A DNA stretch of 64,000 bases, taken from assembly GCA_963722525.1 (NCBI GenBank), contig CAVRMM010000002.1, positions 3,335,096 to 3,399,095 of the forward strand. Reading direction: 5' to 3'. The stretch comes from an uncultured Actinomycetes bacterium. Its GTDB lineage: Bacteria; Actinomycetota; Thermoleophilia; Gaiellales; F1-60-MAGs149. Below are positions 8,705 through 20,764 of this stretch, in pieces. The translations under genes were made by a program, and so were the position numbers. The notes beneath the pieces were generated by a model. That model had not been told where the DNA came from. It did no database searches and saw nothing but the letters and a program-made list of their open reading frames with translations. Within the stretch, counting starts at the first letter, position 1; each line of letters starts with the position of its first letter.

Positions 8705-10609
8705 GTGCGCCGCCTCTATCTGATCGCCATCGGCATCTCGATGCTCGCGGCCGCCGCTCCTGCGGCGGCCGCGGTGCGTCTGAAGCCCTGCACCGACACG
8801 CCCGACGGCCCCGGCGCGCTCTGCGGGTCGATCAGGGTCCCCCTCGACCGCAGCAACCCGGCGCTCGGGCGGATCACGGTGGGCTTCGAGCTCTACCGGC
8901 GCACCGACCGCCGCAAGCCGCGGCTCGGCACGATCGTGTCGGTCGAGGGCGGCCCCGGCTACTCGACCACGTCCGGCCGGGCCCTGCGCCTGTCGTCGCA
9001 CGGGCCGCTGCTCGACCGGCGCGACCTGCTGCTCGTCGACCCGCGCGGCGTCGGCCGCTCGGCGCCGATCGACTGCCCGCGGCTGCAGAACTACATCGGC
9101 GACTACATCAAGGCCGGCGGCGCCTGCGGCCGGCAGCTCGGCAAGACGGCGCACCTGTACGGCTCCGGCCCGGCCTCCGACGACCTCGCCGACGTGCTCG
9201 GCGCCCTGGGCGTCGGCAAGATCGACCTGTACGGCGACTCCTACGGCACGTTCCTCGCCCAGACCTTCGCGGTCCGCCACCCGGCCCGGGTGCGCTCCCT
9301 GGTGCTCGACGCCGCCTACGCCGTCGAGGGCCTGAACCCGCTCTACCCGGAGTACGGCCCGGCGTTCCGCCGTGCCGTCCAGCTGGTCTGCGAGCGCAGC
9401 CCCGCCTGCACGGCCGCGGGCATCGACCCGGTCGGCGTGCTCGCGGCGCTGGCGGCCGACGTGCGCGCGAACCCGCGGACCGTGTCCGCCCCCGACGGCG
9501 ACGGCATCCTGCGCCGCGTTCGCGTCGACCCGCAGACCGTCGTCCAGACGGTCTTCGGCGCCGGCTACGTGACCGTCTCGTGGCGCGACCTGATCGGCGC
9601 CGCTCGCTCGTGGCTGGCCGGCGACCGCCGTCCGTTCGGGCGCCTGGCGGCCGAGACGCTCGGCGACCCTGACATCGTCGGCGGCGACGTGCGCGACTAC
9701 TCCGAGGGGCTCTACCTCGCCGTCACGTGCCACGACTACCCGCAGGCGTGGGACGTCAACGCCCCGATCGGCGTGCGCCGCGACCAGTGGGAGGCCGCGC
9801 GCGCCGCCCTGCCGCCCGACACGTTCGCTCCGTTCACCACCATCGAGTGGACAACGCTGCCGATCGAGGGCCTCGACGCCTGCCTGGAGTGGCCGGCCCC
9901 GCCGCGCTTCGACCCGCCGATCGTGCCCGGCACGCCGTACCCGGCGGTGCCCGTGCTGGTGCTGAACGGCGACCTCGACATCGTCACCACCACCGACGAG
10001 GCGCAGGCCGCCGCCGCGCGCTTCCCGAACGCGACGTACGTCGAGATCCATAACTCCGTGCACGTGACGGCGCTCGGCGACCGGGATCACTGCGCGTCCG
10101 AGATCATGTGGCGGTTCGTGCGTACGCTGTCGGCCGGCGACACCAGTTGCCGGACGCGCGTGCCCGAGGTGCGGGCGATCATCGAGTTCCCGAAGTCGTA
10201 CGCCGACGTGACGCCCGCCACGCCGCGCGCCGGCAACGGCGCGTCGGTGCGCGCGCGCCAGGTGGCGGCCGCAGCCGCGATGACGGTCGCCGACGCCGTG
10301 CAGCGCTGGCAGGTCAACTTCTCCGGCGTCAGCCGCGGCCTGCGCGGCGGGCACTGGAGCTACTCCGGCGACCGTAAGACCCGCTTCGAGTTCGACGCCA
10401 CGCGGTTCGTGGGCGACGTGAGAGTGACGGGCCACGCGACCTGGAACCTCGACACCGGCCGCATCACCGGCAGCGTCCGGACACGCGGCCCCGGCGGCCT
10501 GCCGGGCCGGGTCCGGTTCAGCTGGACGCTCGCGCAGCCGCACGCCGTCGCGCAGCTGCGCGGCACGGTCGGCGGCAACCGCCTCGACGCCACGATGGTC
10601 GCCCCGTAG
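8705..10609 (+). CDS. secreted alpha/beta hydrolase (S33 / tripeptidyl-aminopeptidase-like)
   Basis: Intact 634-aa ORF. Signal peptide MRRLYLIAIGISMLAAAAPAAAA, GGPGYS oxyanion region, nucleophile elbow GDSYGT. Confidence 0.8.
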   Translation: MRRLYLIAIGISMLAAAAPAAAAVRLKPCTDTPDGPGALCGSIRVPLDRSNPALGRITVGFELYRRTDRRKPRLGTIVSVEGGPGYSTTSGRALRLSSHGPLLDRRDLLLVDPRGVGRSAPIDCPRLQNYIGDYIKAGGACGRQLGKTAHLYGSGPASDDLADVLGALGVGKIDLYGDSYGTFLAQTFAVRHPARVRSLVLDAAYAVEGLNPLYPEYGPAFRRAVQLVCERSPACTAAGIDPVGVLAALAADVRANPRTVSAPDGDGILRRVRVDPQTVVQTVFGAGYVTVSWRDLIGAARSWLAGDRRPFGRLAAETLGDPDIVGGDVRDYSEGLYLAVTCHDYPQAWDVNAPIGVRRDQWEAARAALPPDTFAPFTTIEWTTLPIEGLDACLEWPAPPRFDPPIVPGTPYPAVPVLVLNGDLDIVTTTDEAQAAAARFPNATYVEIHNSVHVTALGDRDHCASEIMWRFVRTLSAGDTSCRTRVPEVRAIIEFPKSYADVTPATPRAGNGASVRARQVAAAAAMTVADAVQRWQVNFSGVSRGLRGGHWSYSGDRKTRFEFDATRFVGDVRVTGHATWNLDTGRITGSVRTRGPGGLPGRVRFSWTLAQPHAVAQLRGTVGGNRLDATMVAP

Positions 10610-10612
10610 GGA

Positions 10613-11680
10613 CTAGCTCATCGGGACTTGCCGCTGGATGTGCGGCCCCACGCGCTCGAAGATCTCCTCGAGGCTCGGCCCCGTGATCGTCAGCCCGTGG
10701 TTCTTCAGTCCCACGATCGCGCGGCCCGGGTCGGGCGCGGCGCGCACCAGCTCCGCCACGGCGTCGGCCAGCTCGGCCGTGCCGCACGGGAAGTTGATCT
10801 CGGTCGCCGCGATGCCGTCGACCCACGCGTGGACGTGCATGATCGCGCCCACCTCGGGGTGCTCCAGGTAGATCTTCCAGTGCTCGATCGCGTCGACGGA
10901 GACGCGGCGCGGCTCGATGCCGGGCGGCACCGACAGCACCATCGCGCGCTCCTCCGGCACGTAGCCGGTGACCATCAGGATGTCGCGCCCGACCTCGCGG
11001 AGGTTCGACTTGTCGACGCCCGACGCGCTCATCCAGAACCGGTTCGGGTCCTTGCGCGCGGAGAGGTTGCCGTACGAGAGGCCGCCGATCGAGTAGAGGC
11101 GCTTCACGTGGGCGAGGTCGCGGGCCGAGAGGATCTCGTCGATCGGCCACGGCGCGGGCAGCAGGTTCAGCTTCTCGAGCTGCTCGCCGGCGGCCGTCAG
11201 CGACGCCGTGATCTCGTCGCCGTCCCACAGCTCGGGCTCCAGGTCGGGCGTCCAGATGTTCTCGATCACGAGGTTGGACTCCGCGAGCGGCGCCAGGCGC
11301 TCGACCACGCGGTCGTAGAACGAGTCGGGGCCGTCGGCCACGCGCACCTCGTAGTTGCCCTGCTCGAGCGTCAGGAACCGCGCCATCACGTCGGGCACGA
11401 CGCACGCGGACAGGTTCGACAGCGCCTTCAGCAGCACCGGGTAGCCGATGCGCACGAAATCGTCCGGGGGCGACGCCGCGTACCAGAACGACGCGACGAA
11501 GGTCCACTTGTTCGTGCGCCGGTACGGGCGTGCGTCGGCGGCGTCGACGAAGTTGCAGACCAGGGTGGCGTCGTCGGGCGACTCGAGCTTTTCGTAGCCG
11601 CGGCGAAGCAGCGCGGCCTCGAGACCTGCGCGGAACGTCGTCAGCTCCGGAGGGACGGTGCCGTGGAAGGCGAACTCCAT
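10613..11680 (-). CDS. class II aldolase/adducin-domain protein
   Basis: ATG at 11680 (MEFAFHG) inside a longer ORF. The C-terminal domain has FWMSASGVDK and a metal-binding AIMHVHAW pattern of class II aldolases. Confidence 0.7.
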   Translation of the reverse strand: MEFAFHGTVPPELTTFRAGLEAALLRRGYEKLESPDDATLVCNFVDAADARPYRRTNKWTFVASFWYAASPPDDFVRIGYPVLLKALSNLSACVVPDVMARFLTLEQGNYEVRVADGPDSFYDRVVERLAPLAESNLVIENIWTPDLEPELWDGDEITASLTAAGEQLEKLNLLPAPWPIDEILSARDLAHVKRLYSIGGLSYGNLSARKDPNRFWMSASGVDKSNLREVGRDILMVTGYVPEERAMVLSVPPGIEPRRVSVDAIEHWKIYLEHPEVGAIMHVHAWVDGIAATEINFPCGTAELADAVAELVRAAPDPGRAIVGLKNHGLTITGPSLEEIFERVGPHIQRQVPMS

Positions 11681-12440
11681 GGCAGAGAGGCTAGCACTCA
11701 GGGTGTTTCCCGACGGTAACTTCAGAGCAGGGCGCGTGCAGGCCTCGAGCCGTGACGCGCGCGAGCGACTCGGCCACGCCGACCACGGTCTGCTCCAGGG
11801 CAGTAGTGATCCGTCCTTCCTCCACACGGACCCGTGGCGGGCGCTGCGGATCCTGTCGGAGTTCGTGGAGGGATTCGACGCGCTGGCGCGCTGCGGCCGC
11901 GCCGTGTCGGTGTTCGGCAGCGCCCGGCTGGGGGAGTCGCACCCGCACTACGCCCTCGCGCGAGCGGTGGGCGAGCGGGCCGCGCACGCGGGACTGACGG
12001 TCATCACCGGCGGTGGACCGGGCCTGATGGAGGCGGCCAACCGCGGTGCCCAGGAGGCGGGCGGCTTCTCGGTCGGATGCAACATCGAGTTGCCCCACGA
12101 GCAGGACGCGAACGCCTACCTCGATCTGATGATCGACTTCCGGTACTTCTTCGTGCGCAAGACGATGTTCGTCAAGTACGCGGAGGGCTTCATCGTCTTC
12201 CCCGGCGGCTACGGCACCCTGGACGAGCTGTTCGAGGCGCTGACCCTGATCCAGACGGGCAAGATCGACCGCTTCCCGATCGTGCTGATGGGGACGGCGT
12301 CGTGGCAGGGCCTGCTCGACTGGCTGCACGCCGACGCGCTGATCGACCGGCGGCTCGGCGATGCCGACCTGGCGCTGCTGACCGTCACGGACGATCCGGA
12401 CGAGGCGATCGCGGCCATCCTCGCCGCCCCTCGCTGCTGA
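11679..12440 (+). CDS. LOG-family (TIGR00730) nucleotide 5'-monophosphate nucleosidase / lysine-decarboxylase-like protein; start uncertain
   Basis: VSVFGSAR, ITGGGPGLMEAANRGA and the PGGYGTLDELFE motif. In-frame alternative GTG starts exist at 11703 and downstream. Confidence 0.8.
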   Translation: MAERLALRVFPDGNFRAGRVQASSRDARERLGHADHGLLQGSSDPSFLHTDPWRALRILSEFVEGFDALARCGRAVSVFGSARLGESHPHYALARAVGERAAHAGLTVITGGGPGLMEAANRGAQEAGGFSVGCNIELPHEQDANAYLDLMIDFRYFFVRKTMFVKYAEGFIVFPGGYGTLDELFEALTLIQTGKIDRFPIVLMGTASWQGLLDWLHADALIDRRLGDADLALLTVTDDPDEAIAAILAAPRC

Positions 12441-12514
12441 CTTCCCCCTGCACCCGCGCACCTTGCTAGTGTTCGGACGGACGACAGCTCGGCCCGTGAG
12501 CAGTCGTACGGGGG

Positions 12515-15500
12515 ATGGGACCCCCGATCAAGCGTCCGTCAAAGCGCCGTGTACTCGCCCCTCAGGGCGTTCCCGTAGGCACGCGGCCCGTCTTCATACG
12601 AGGTGCGCGGTTGCCCGAAGAGGTCTCCGCCCAGGCAACGAAGGATCCGAGCGTTGAGCCGGCCCAGCTCGAGCGAGTCGAGCGGTGGGCTGGCGATCGC
12701 CTCGTCCCGGTGGGCGACGACCCGTCCGTGGCGCTTGCGCACGGCACCGCGTTCCGCACGGCCTACGATGAGGCGCTGCTCGAGATCGACGCCGGTCTCG
12801 CATCGCCGTCGCCCACGTGGCGGCGCCGGTTCGCGCTCGTGCTGGGCCTGCAGCGGATCCTCTCCGAGGACAAGCCGCACCTGGCCGACGGCCTCGAGCT
12901 GCGCGCGCACCAGGTCGACGCCCTCGCCGGCATGCTCGCCGCGCTGCTCGGCGACGCGCAGCGCAACTGGGAGGACACCGAGGCGGGTGCCGCGGTCGAG
13001 AACGGCAACGGCAACGGGAACGGCGACGAGGACGATGCGCCGCCGCCGCTGGCCGACGACTCGGGCGAGGCCGCCAGCGCCGGCGCACCGCTGACGCTGA
13101 CGCTCGACTTCGAGCTCGAGGACGACGAGGAGTCGGACGAGACCGAGGACGACGACGAGGACGACGACGCCGACACCGGCGACGAGGAGTCCGAGAGCGA
13201 CGAGGAGACCGCCGACGCCGAGGCCGAGCCGCTGCACGACCCGGGCGTCGTCCGCCGCTACCGCTTCAAGCATCCGACCGCGTCGGGCAAGACCATCGCC
13301 GCCGCCGGCTTCGTCGACGCCGCGACCATCACCGGCGTCCTGATCCTCACGCACCGCCGCCTGCTCGTCGAGCAGTTCAAGCGCGACCTGACCACGCACG
13401 GCTACGGCGGGCGCATCCGCGAGGCCATCCTCGGCGACAAGCGCGGCCCGGCCACGCCGCCGGTCACCATCGAGACGTACGCGTGGTTCATCCGCAACGC
13501 CGAGCTGCTGAACCGCGACGTCTACGGCGTCGTGCTGTGCGACGAGGCCCACACCGCGCTGGGCGAGAAGACTGCCGCTGCCATCCGCGCGCTCGACACG
13601 CCGACCTACATCGGCATGACCGCCACCGACCAGCTGCTGCAGAAGCACGTCGGCGACGTCTTCCCGGCCGAGGTCGCCGACTTCCCGCTCGCCGACGCCG
13701 TCAAGTCGGGCGTCGTCGCGCCGCTGCGCGCCGTCCGCGTGCGGCCGGGCGCGTCGTTGCGCCGGGTGCGCATCGTCGGCGGCGACTTCGACCAGCAGGA
13801 GCTGGCCCAGGCCCTCGACCACGACGCGCTGAACATGGCCGCGGCCATGTACTACCAGCACATGTTCGGCAACAAGCCCGGCATCGTCTACAGCGCCGGC
13901 GTCGACCACGCCGAGCGGGTGGCGGCCGCCATGCGCGTCGTCGGACTCAAGGCCGCGGCGGTGTCGGGGCGGACGCCGCCGCGCGAGCTGGCCTTCACGC
14001 TGGCCGCGTACGAGCGCGGCGAGATCAACGTGCTGGTCAACGCCCAGCTGCTGGCCGAGGGCTGGAACGCCCCGCGCGCGACGGTCTGCATGCACCTCGC
14101 ACCGACGGCATCCAAGCGCGTCTACCAGCAGCGCATCGGCCGCATCATGCGGCTGCACCGTCGCAAGGAGGCAGGCGTCGTCGTCGACTTCTCCGAGGCG
14201 ACCGCGCCGCACTCCGACCGCACCGTCACCGTCCACTCGCTGCTCGGCGTCGATGTGTACCACCCGGGTGCGCTCGTCACGCCGCGCTCGCCGCGCCGCC
14301 GGCAGCGCTGGCGCCGGCTCGCGAAGCCGCTCGTCCGCGAGGCCGGCTGGCTCGTGCCGGTCACCGCCGACCCGCTGAAGCGCCGCGAGATCATCCTGCG
14401 CGACTGGAAGCAGATCGCCATCGACCGGCTGCCCGTCGACGAGCAGGGCATGTGGGCCGAGAACGCCGGCCGCCGCGTCGGCCAGAAGAGACCTTCAGAA
14501 GCTGGCGAAGGTGCTGACGTCGGTCTCCGACGAGACGCGGATGCTGTTCTTCGCCACCTGCGCGGCCGAGAACAAGCACCGCCAGCTGCGGCTGATCGCG
14601 CTCGGCGACCTGGCGCAGAACCGGCCCACGGCGAACGTCTTCGAGCGGGCGGTGCGCCTGGTCGAGGCCGCGCCGACCTGGCGCCTCGACCGCGCGCAGG
14701 GCTCGCGCACGCTGCTGCTGGCGCTCGGCGATCGCCGCGTCGAGGCCTCCGACCACCAGATGGTGGCGTGGGCCTGGCGGCTCGCGCGCGCCTCGCGCGA
14801 CGCGCAGTTCCGCCACCTCACGTCGGCGCACGAGAGCGGCCGCGACGTCGCCCGCGCTCTCGCCGGCAAGAGCGGCGACGACGTCGTCCGCGCCGCCAAG
14901 GGCATCGCCGCGATGGCGCTGGCCTCACCGCTCGACCTTGGCGCCGCGCTGCTCGCCGTCGTGCAGACCACCGATCTCGGCGCCAGCCGCGTCCTCGAGG
15001 ACGCCCGCGACCGCCTCTCGGGCGACGCTGCCATGCTCGCCGCCGCGCTCGGCGCCAACATCCCGCTGCCCCGCGCCCCGCGGCGGCCGCAGCCGGCGAA
15101 GCGACCCGCGCAGCAGCGACCCGCGCGCGAGGCCGCGGCTCCGACGTCGAGCAGACCGAGCCGGGCGACGCCGCGCCGGCACCCGAGGGCGGAGCCCCCG
15201 AGGGCGAGCCGAAGAAGCGCAAGCGTCGCCGCCGTCGTCGCCGCGGCGGCGGCCAGGGAGCCGCCGGTGCAGCGCCCGACGCCGTGCCGTCGGGGGCGAG
15301 GCCGAGGTCACCGTGGTGGAGACGCCGCCCGCCGAGGAGCAGGCACCCGCGAACGACCGGCCCAAGCGCAACCGCCGGCCGAAGAGCGCACCGCTCCCGA
15401 GGCAGCCGTCGACGCGGTGGCCACCGTGCCGGCGCCGCTACCGGCCGCCGACAAGCCGAAGCGCACCCGTCGCTCCAAGGCCGTCGCGCTCGAGGCCGCC

Positions 15501-15599
15501 GCCGAGCCCGTGGCGCAGCCCGTGCCGGCCGCCGAGCCCGTGCCCGTCGCCACGAAGCCGCGTCGCACGCGCCGCCCGAAGGCCGAGCCCGCCGAGTGA
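12515..15599 (+). pseudogene. superfamily-2 DEAH-box helicase (SSL2/COG1061-like) with acidic insert and basic tail; at least one frameshift near 14490-14510
   Basis: LRAHQVDAL, Walker A HPTASGKT, motif II CDEAH, MTATD, motif VI QQRIGRIMR. After VGQK the sensible reading moves to frame 3 (DLQKLAKVLTSVSDETRMLFF...) and runs to the TGA at 15597-15599. Confidence 0.8.
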
Positions 15600-16365
15600 C
15601 GTACGACCGGGTCCTGCTCGACCTGGACGGGACGGTCTACCTCGGGCACGGCGCCGTTCCCGGTGCCGCCGAGGCCATCACCGAGCTGCGGGCGCGCGGC
15701 ACCGCCTCGCGTTCGTGACGAACGATCCGGTCTCGGCCCGCGACGAGTACACCGAGCGGCTGGGCGCGATCGGGATCGCCGTCGCCACCGACGAGCTGGT
15801 CACGTGTGCGTGGGCGACCGCCCAGCTGGTCGCCGAGGAGCACCCGGGAGCCCGCGTGCTGGCGCTCGGCTCGCGTGCGTGGCTGACCGAGCACGAGCTG
15901 GCCGGCCTGACGCTCGTCGACGACTACCGCGAGGCCGACGTGCTGGCGCTGGGTGGCGACTGGACGTTCGGGTACCGGGAGCTCGAGACCGCCATCCGCG
16001 CGATCCTCGGCGGCGCCGCCTTCTACGGCTCGAACCGCGACGCGACGTTCCCGACCGCCGACGGGCCGTCGCCCGGGGCGGGCGCGCTGATCGCCGCCGT
16101 CGAGTACGCGACCGGCACGCGCGCGCGGTGCGCCGGCAAGCCGGAGACGGGGATGTTCCACGAGGCCCAGCGCCTGCTCGGCGCGGGGCGCTACCTGATG
16201 GTCGGCGACCGCCTCGATGCCGACGTGGCCGGCGCCGGCGCCGCGGGGATCGATGCCGCACTCGTCCTGACCGGCTCGGCGACCGCGAGCGACGCGGCCG
16301 CGTGGCAGGGCCTGCAGCCGGTGGTCGTGCTCGGCTCGATCGCCGAGCTGCCCGCCTACTTGTAG
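15596..16365 (+). pseudogene. HAD-IIA (NagD-like) phosphatase, one frameshift near 15700
   Basis: GTG overlaps the helicase stop (GTGA). Motif I LLDLDGTVY is in frame 2; LAFVTNDP..., GKPE and MVGDRLDADV are in frame 1. The break is consistent with one missing C in gcc(c)tcgcg. Confidence 0.85.
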
Positions 16366-16571
16366 CGGTAGGTGATGCGGCCGCGGGTCAGGTCGTAGGG
16401 CGACAGCTCGACCTTGACCCGATCGCCGGGCAGGATCCTGATGTAGTGCCGCCGCATGCGGCCCGAGATGTGCCCGAGCACGTCGTGCCCGTTGTCGAGC
16501 TTCACCCGGAACATCGTGTTCGGCAGGGCCTCCTGGACCTCGCCTTCGACCTCGATCTTCTCTTCGCTCAC
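16356..16571 (-). CDS. infA: translation initiation factor IF-1
   Basis: Intact 71-aa S1-like protein, [74 protein letters not shown] start preceded by GGAGGAG. Confidence 0.97.
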   Translation of the reverse strand: MSEEKIEVEGEVQEALPNTMFRVKLDNGHDVLGHISGRMRRHYIRILPGDRVKVELSPYDLTRGRITYRYK

Positions 16572-16602
16572 CCGCTCCTCCGGACGGTTCGCGAAGACTA
16601 TC

Positions 16603-16931
16603 TCACGCCCAGGCGTCCGCCCAGTGCTGCAACGCGCCGACGAACTCGCGGAGGGCGAGTCCCTTGGGCGTCATGCGGTACTCGACGAGCACCGGCTGCG
16701 ACGCCGTCACGCGGCGTTCCACCACGCCGGCCGCCTCCAGCTCGCGGAGCCGCTCGGAGAGCAGCTTCGGGGTGATGCCGGGGACGGCCTCGCGGAGCTG
16801 GTTGAACCGCACCGGGTCGTGCTCGACGAGCACGGCCACGACGCTGACCGACCAGCGCTTGCAGAGCAGGTCTGCGGCCGCGTGATAGCGGCCGCAGACC
16901 GGTCCGATGCCGCAGGGATCCTGCTCCGGGC

Positions 16932-16935
<4 letters not shown>
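16603..16935 (-). CDS. HxlR-family winged-helix transcriptional regulator
   Basis: 110-aa ORF with [14 protein letters not shown]...[33 protein letters not shown], the HxlR signature region. Confidence 0.85.
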
Positions 16936-19244
<2,309 letters not shown>

Positions 19245-19332
19245 GAATCAGCTTTCCTTTAGAAACTGCTAACGGGGATAGTAACGCACGCCGCGCGGCA
19301 TTCCTTCCCCGGCAGCGGCTAGCGTTCGAGCG

Positions 19333-19926
19333 GTGCTGATGCCGCTGCTCGCGCTGTACGCGATCTGCGTGGTGCTGAACACGATCCCGTCGCTGGTGGC
19401 GACCACCGCCGTCGTGACGGTGTTCGCGCTGCGCTCCGACGTCGGCGACGTCGAGGCGGTCGTGGTCGGCGTCGCGGGCGGCGTCACCGGTCGCCTGATC
19501 TTCGCGCTCGCCATCCGGCACGGCTCGGGGCGGATGATCCGCGGCCGGCTGGCCGGCAACATGGCGTACCTGCGGGCCTACGTGGAGCGGAAGCGCCACG
19601 CCACGCGGTTTCTGGCGCTGTTCGCGATGGCGCCCGTCAACCCGGCGCTGGCGATCTTCGCGACCGCCGGCGCGCTGCGGTTGCACCTGGCGCCGATCGC
19701 CGCCTGCTACGCCGTCGGCCGGGCGTTCGTGTTCGGCTGGGCGGTGTGGACGGCCGGCGTCGCGGCCGAGTCGCTGGAGCGCGTGCTGCGCGACCGGGCC
19801 TCGCCGCTGCCGCTGATCGCCGGCGTGCTGGTGGCGATGACGCCGCTCGTCCTCGCCACGCAGATCGACTGGCAGACGCTGGTCGAGCAGCGTCGTATCC
19901 GCCTCGTGCCGCGCTCGCGGCCGTAG
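19333..19926 (+). CDS. integral membrane protein, unknown function
   Basis: 197-aa ORF (GTG start) with about 5 hydrophobic spans. No family assigned by eye. Confidence 0.5.
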   Translation: MLMPLLALYAICVVLNTIPSLVATTAVVTVFALRSDVGDVEAVVVGVAGGVTGRLIFALAIRHGSGRMIRGRLAGNMAYLRAYVERKRHATRFLALFAMAPVNPALAIFATAGALRLHLAPIAACYAVGRAFVFGWAVWTAGVAAESLERVLRDRASPLPLIAGVLVAMTPLVLATQIDWQTLVEQRRIRLVPRSRP

Positions 19927-19936
19927 GGCTCGCGGC

Positions 19937-20734
19937 TCAGCTGCGCGGAGCGACCACGAGCGTGGCACTGCCGAGCGGCCCGAACGCCGCGACCAGCGTG
20001 TCGCCGGGCTCGGCCGGGCAGATGGAGGTCGCCGTGCCGGTGTTGCAGGTCATGCCGCCGGTCAGGCCGTCACCCGCCGCGCGACGGGCGTTGGCGAGCC
20101 ACGTGAACGCGGTCATCGGGTCGCCGAGGATGTTCGCGCCGGTGCCCTCGCGCACGAGCTCGCCGTTGCGCTCGAGCGTCACGTCCACGGTCGGCAGGTC
20201 GATGTCGCGCCAGTCCGCCGTGCCGTCGCCCACGATCACGGCCCCGTCGGTGCCGTTGTCGGCGATCACCGACCACACGTCGTGGTTGATCCAGTCGTCG
20301 ATGTGCCCGGCCACCACCTCGATGGCGGCGTGCACGGAGCCGACCGCGGCCGCCACCTCGTCGCGCGAGTACGGCTCGGCCCGGGCCGGCAGGTCGTGGG
20401 CGAGCCGGAACGCGAACTCGCACTCGATCACCATCGGCGGGTAGTGGGCCGGGTCGAGCGTGGCCGGGCTTGCGTGGAGGAGGCGCTCGTAGACGCGGGA
20501 CATGTACGGGCCATCGAGGCCGAGCAACCGCTGGATCTCGACGTTCGTCGCGCCGAGGTACCAGCCGGCGACGTCCCAGCCGAGACGCTCGTGCAGGCGC
20601 TCGCCGATGGCGTAGGCGTCGTGCAGGTCGTGAGGGCGGAAGTCCTCGGGCAGGCCGGGGATCGTCGTGACGGCGAGGCGCGCCTCCTCGAGGATGGCAG
20701 CGGCGCGATCGATCTGCGTGGTGGTCAGCGGCAC
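19937..20734 (-). CDS. 2-keto-4-pentenoate hydratase / fumarylacetoacetate-hydrolase-superfamily hydratase (MhpD-like)
   Basis: Intact 265-aa ORF. GWYLGATN...IECEFAFRL...GDPMTAFTWLAN pattern resembles the MhpD/HpcG hydratase family. Confidence 0.7.
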   Translation of the reverse strand: MPLTTTQIDRAAAILEEARLAVTTIPGLPEDFRPHDLHDAYAIGERLHERLGWDVAGWYLGATNVEIQRLLGLDGPYMSRVYERLLHASPATLDPAHYPPMVIECEFAFRLAHDLPARAEPYSRDEVAAAVGSVHAAIEVVAGHIDDWINHDVWSVIADNGTDGAVIVGDGTADWRDIDLPTVDVTLERNGELVREGTGANILGDPMTAFTWLANARRAAGDGLTGGMTCNTGTATSICPAEPGDTLVAAFGPLGSATLVVAPRS

Positions 20735-20764
20735 CGCCGGACTCTACGCGAGTACGCTCTCGCG

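Noticed and set aside
7994-10543. Very long ORFs in the six-frame track, such as 7994-10543 (849 aa, minus), 29464-32814 (1116 aa), 34029-37001 (990 aa) and 960-2762 (600 aa).
   Set aside because: They are Arg/Pro/Ala/Gly-rich shadow frames opposite or offset to genes with clear motifs. Stop codons are rare in every frame at this GC content, so length alone is not evidence of coding.
12515-15599. The helicase as part of a restriction or phage-defence system (Res-like SF2 helicase).
   Set aside because: No methyltransferase, nuclease, or other defence-associated partner is adjacent. The neighbours are LOG, HAD phosphatase and infA.
16356-16571. infA lying outside the usual ribosomal-protein/adk-map context as an anomaly.
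   Set aside because: Gene order around infA varies among bacteria, and the rest of the genome is not visible here, so this is not informative on its own.
19278-19304. A lon promoter (TACTAT -10, GGAATG -35) and a CIRCE-like TTAGCAG...CTAA element upstream of lon.
   Set aside because: The spacer is only 15 nt, the -35 is poor, and the inverted repeat is just 4 bp per arm. This is not enough to support a call.
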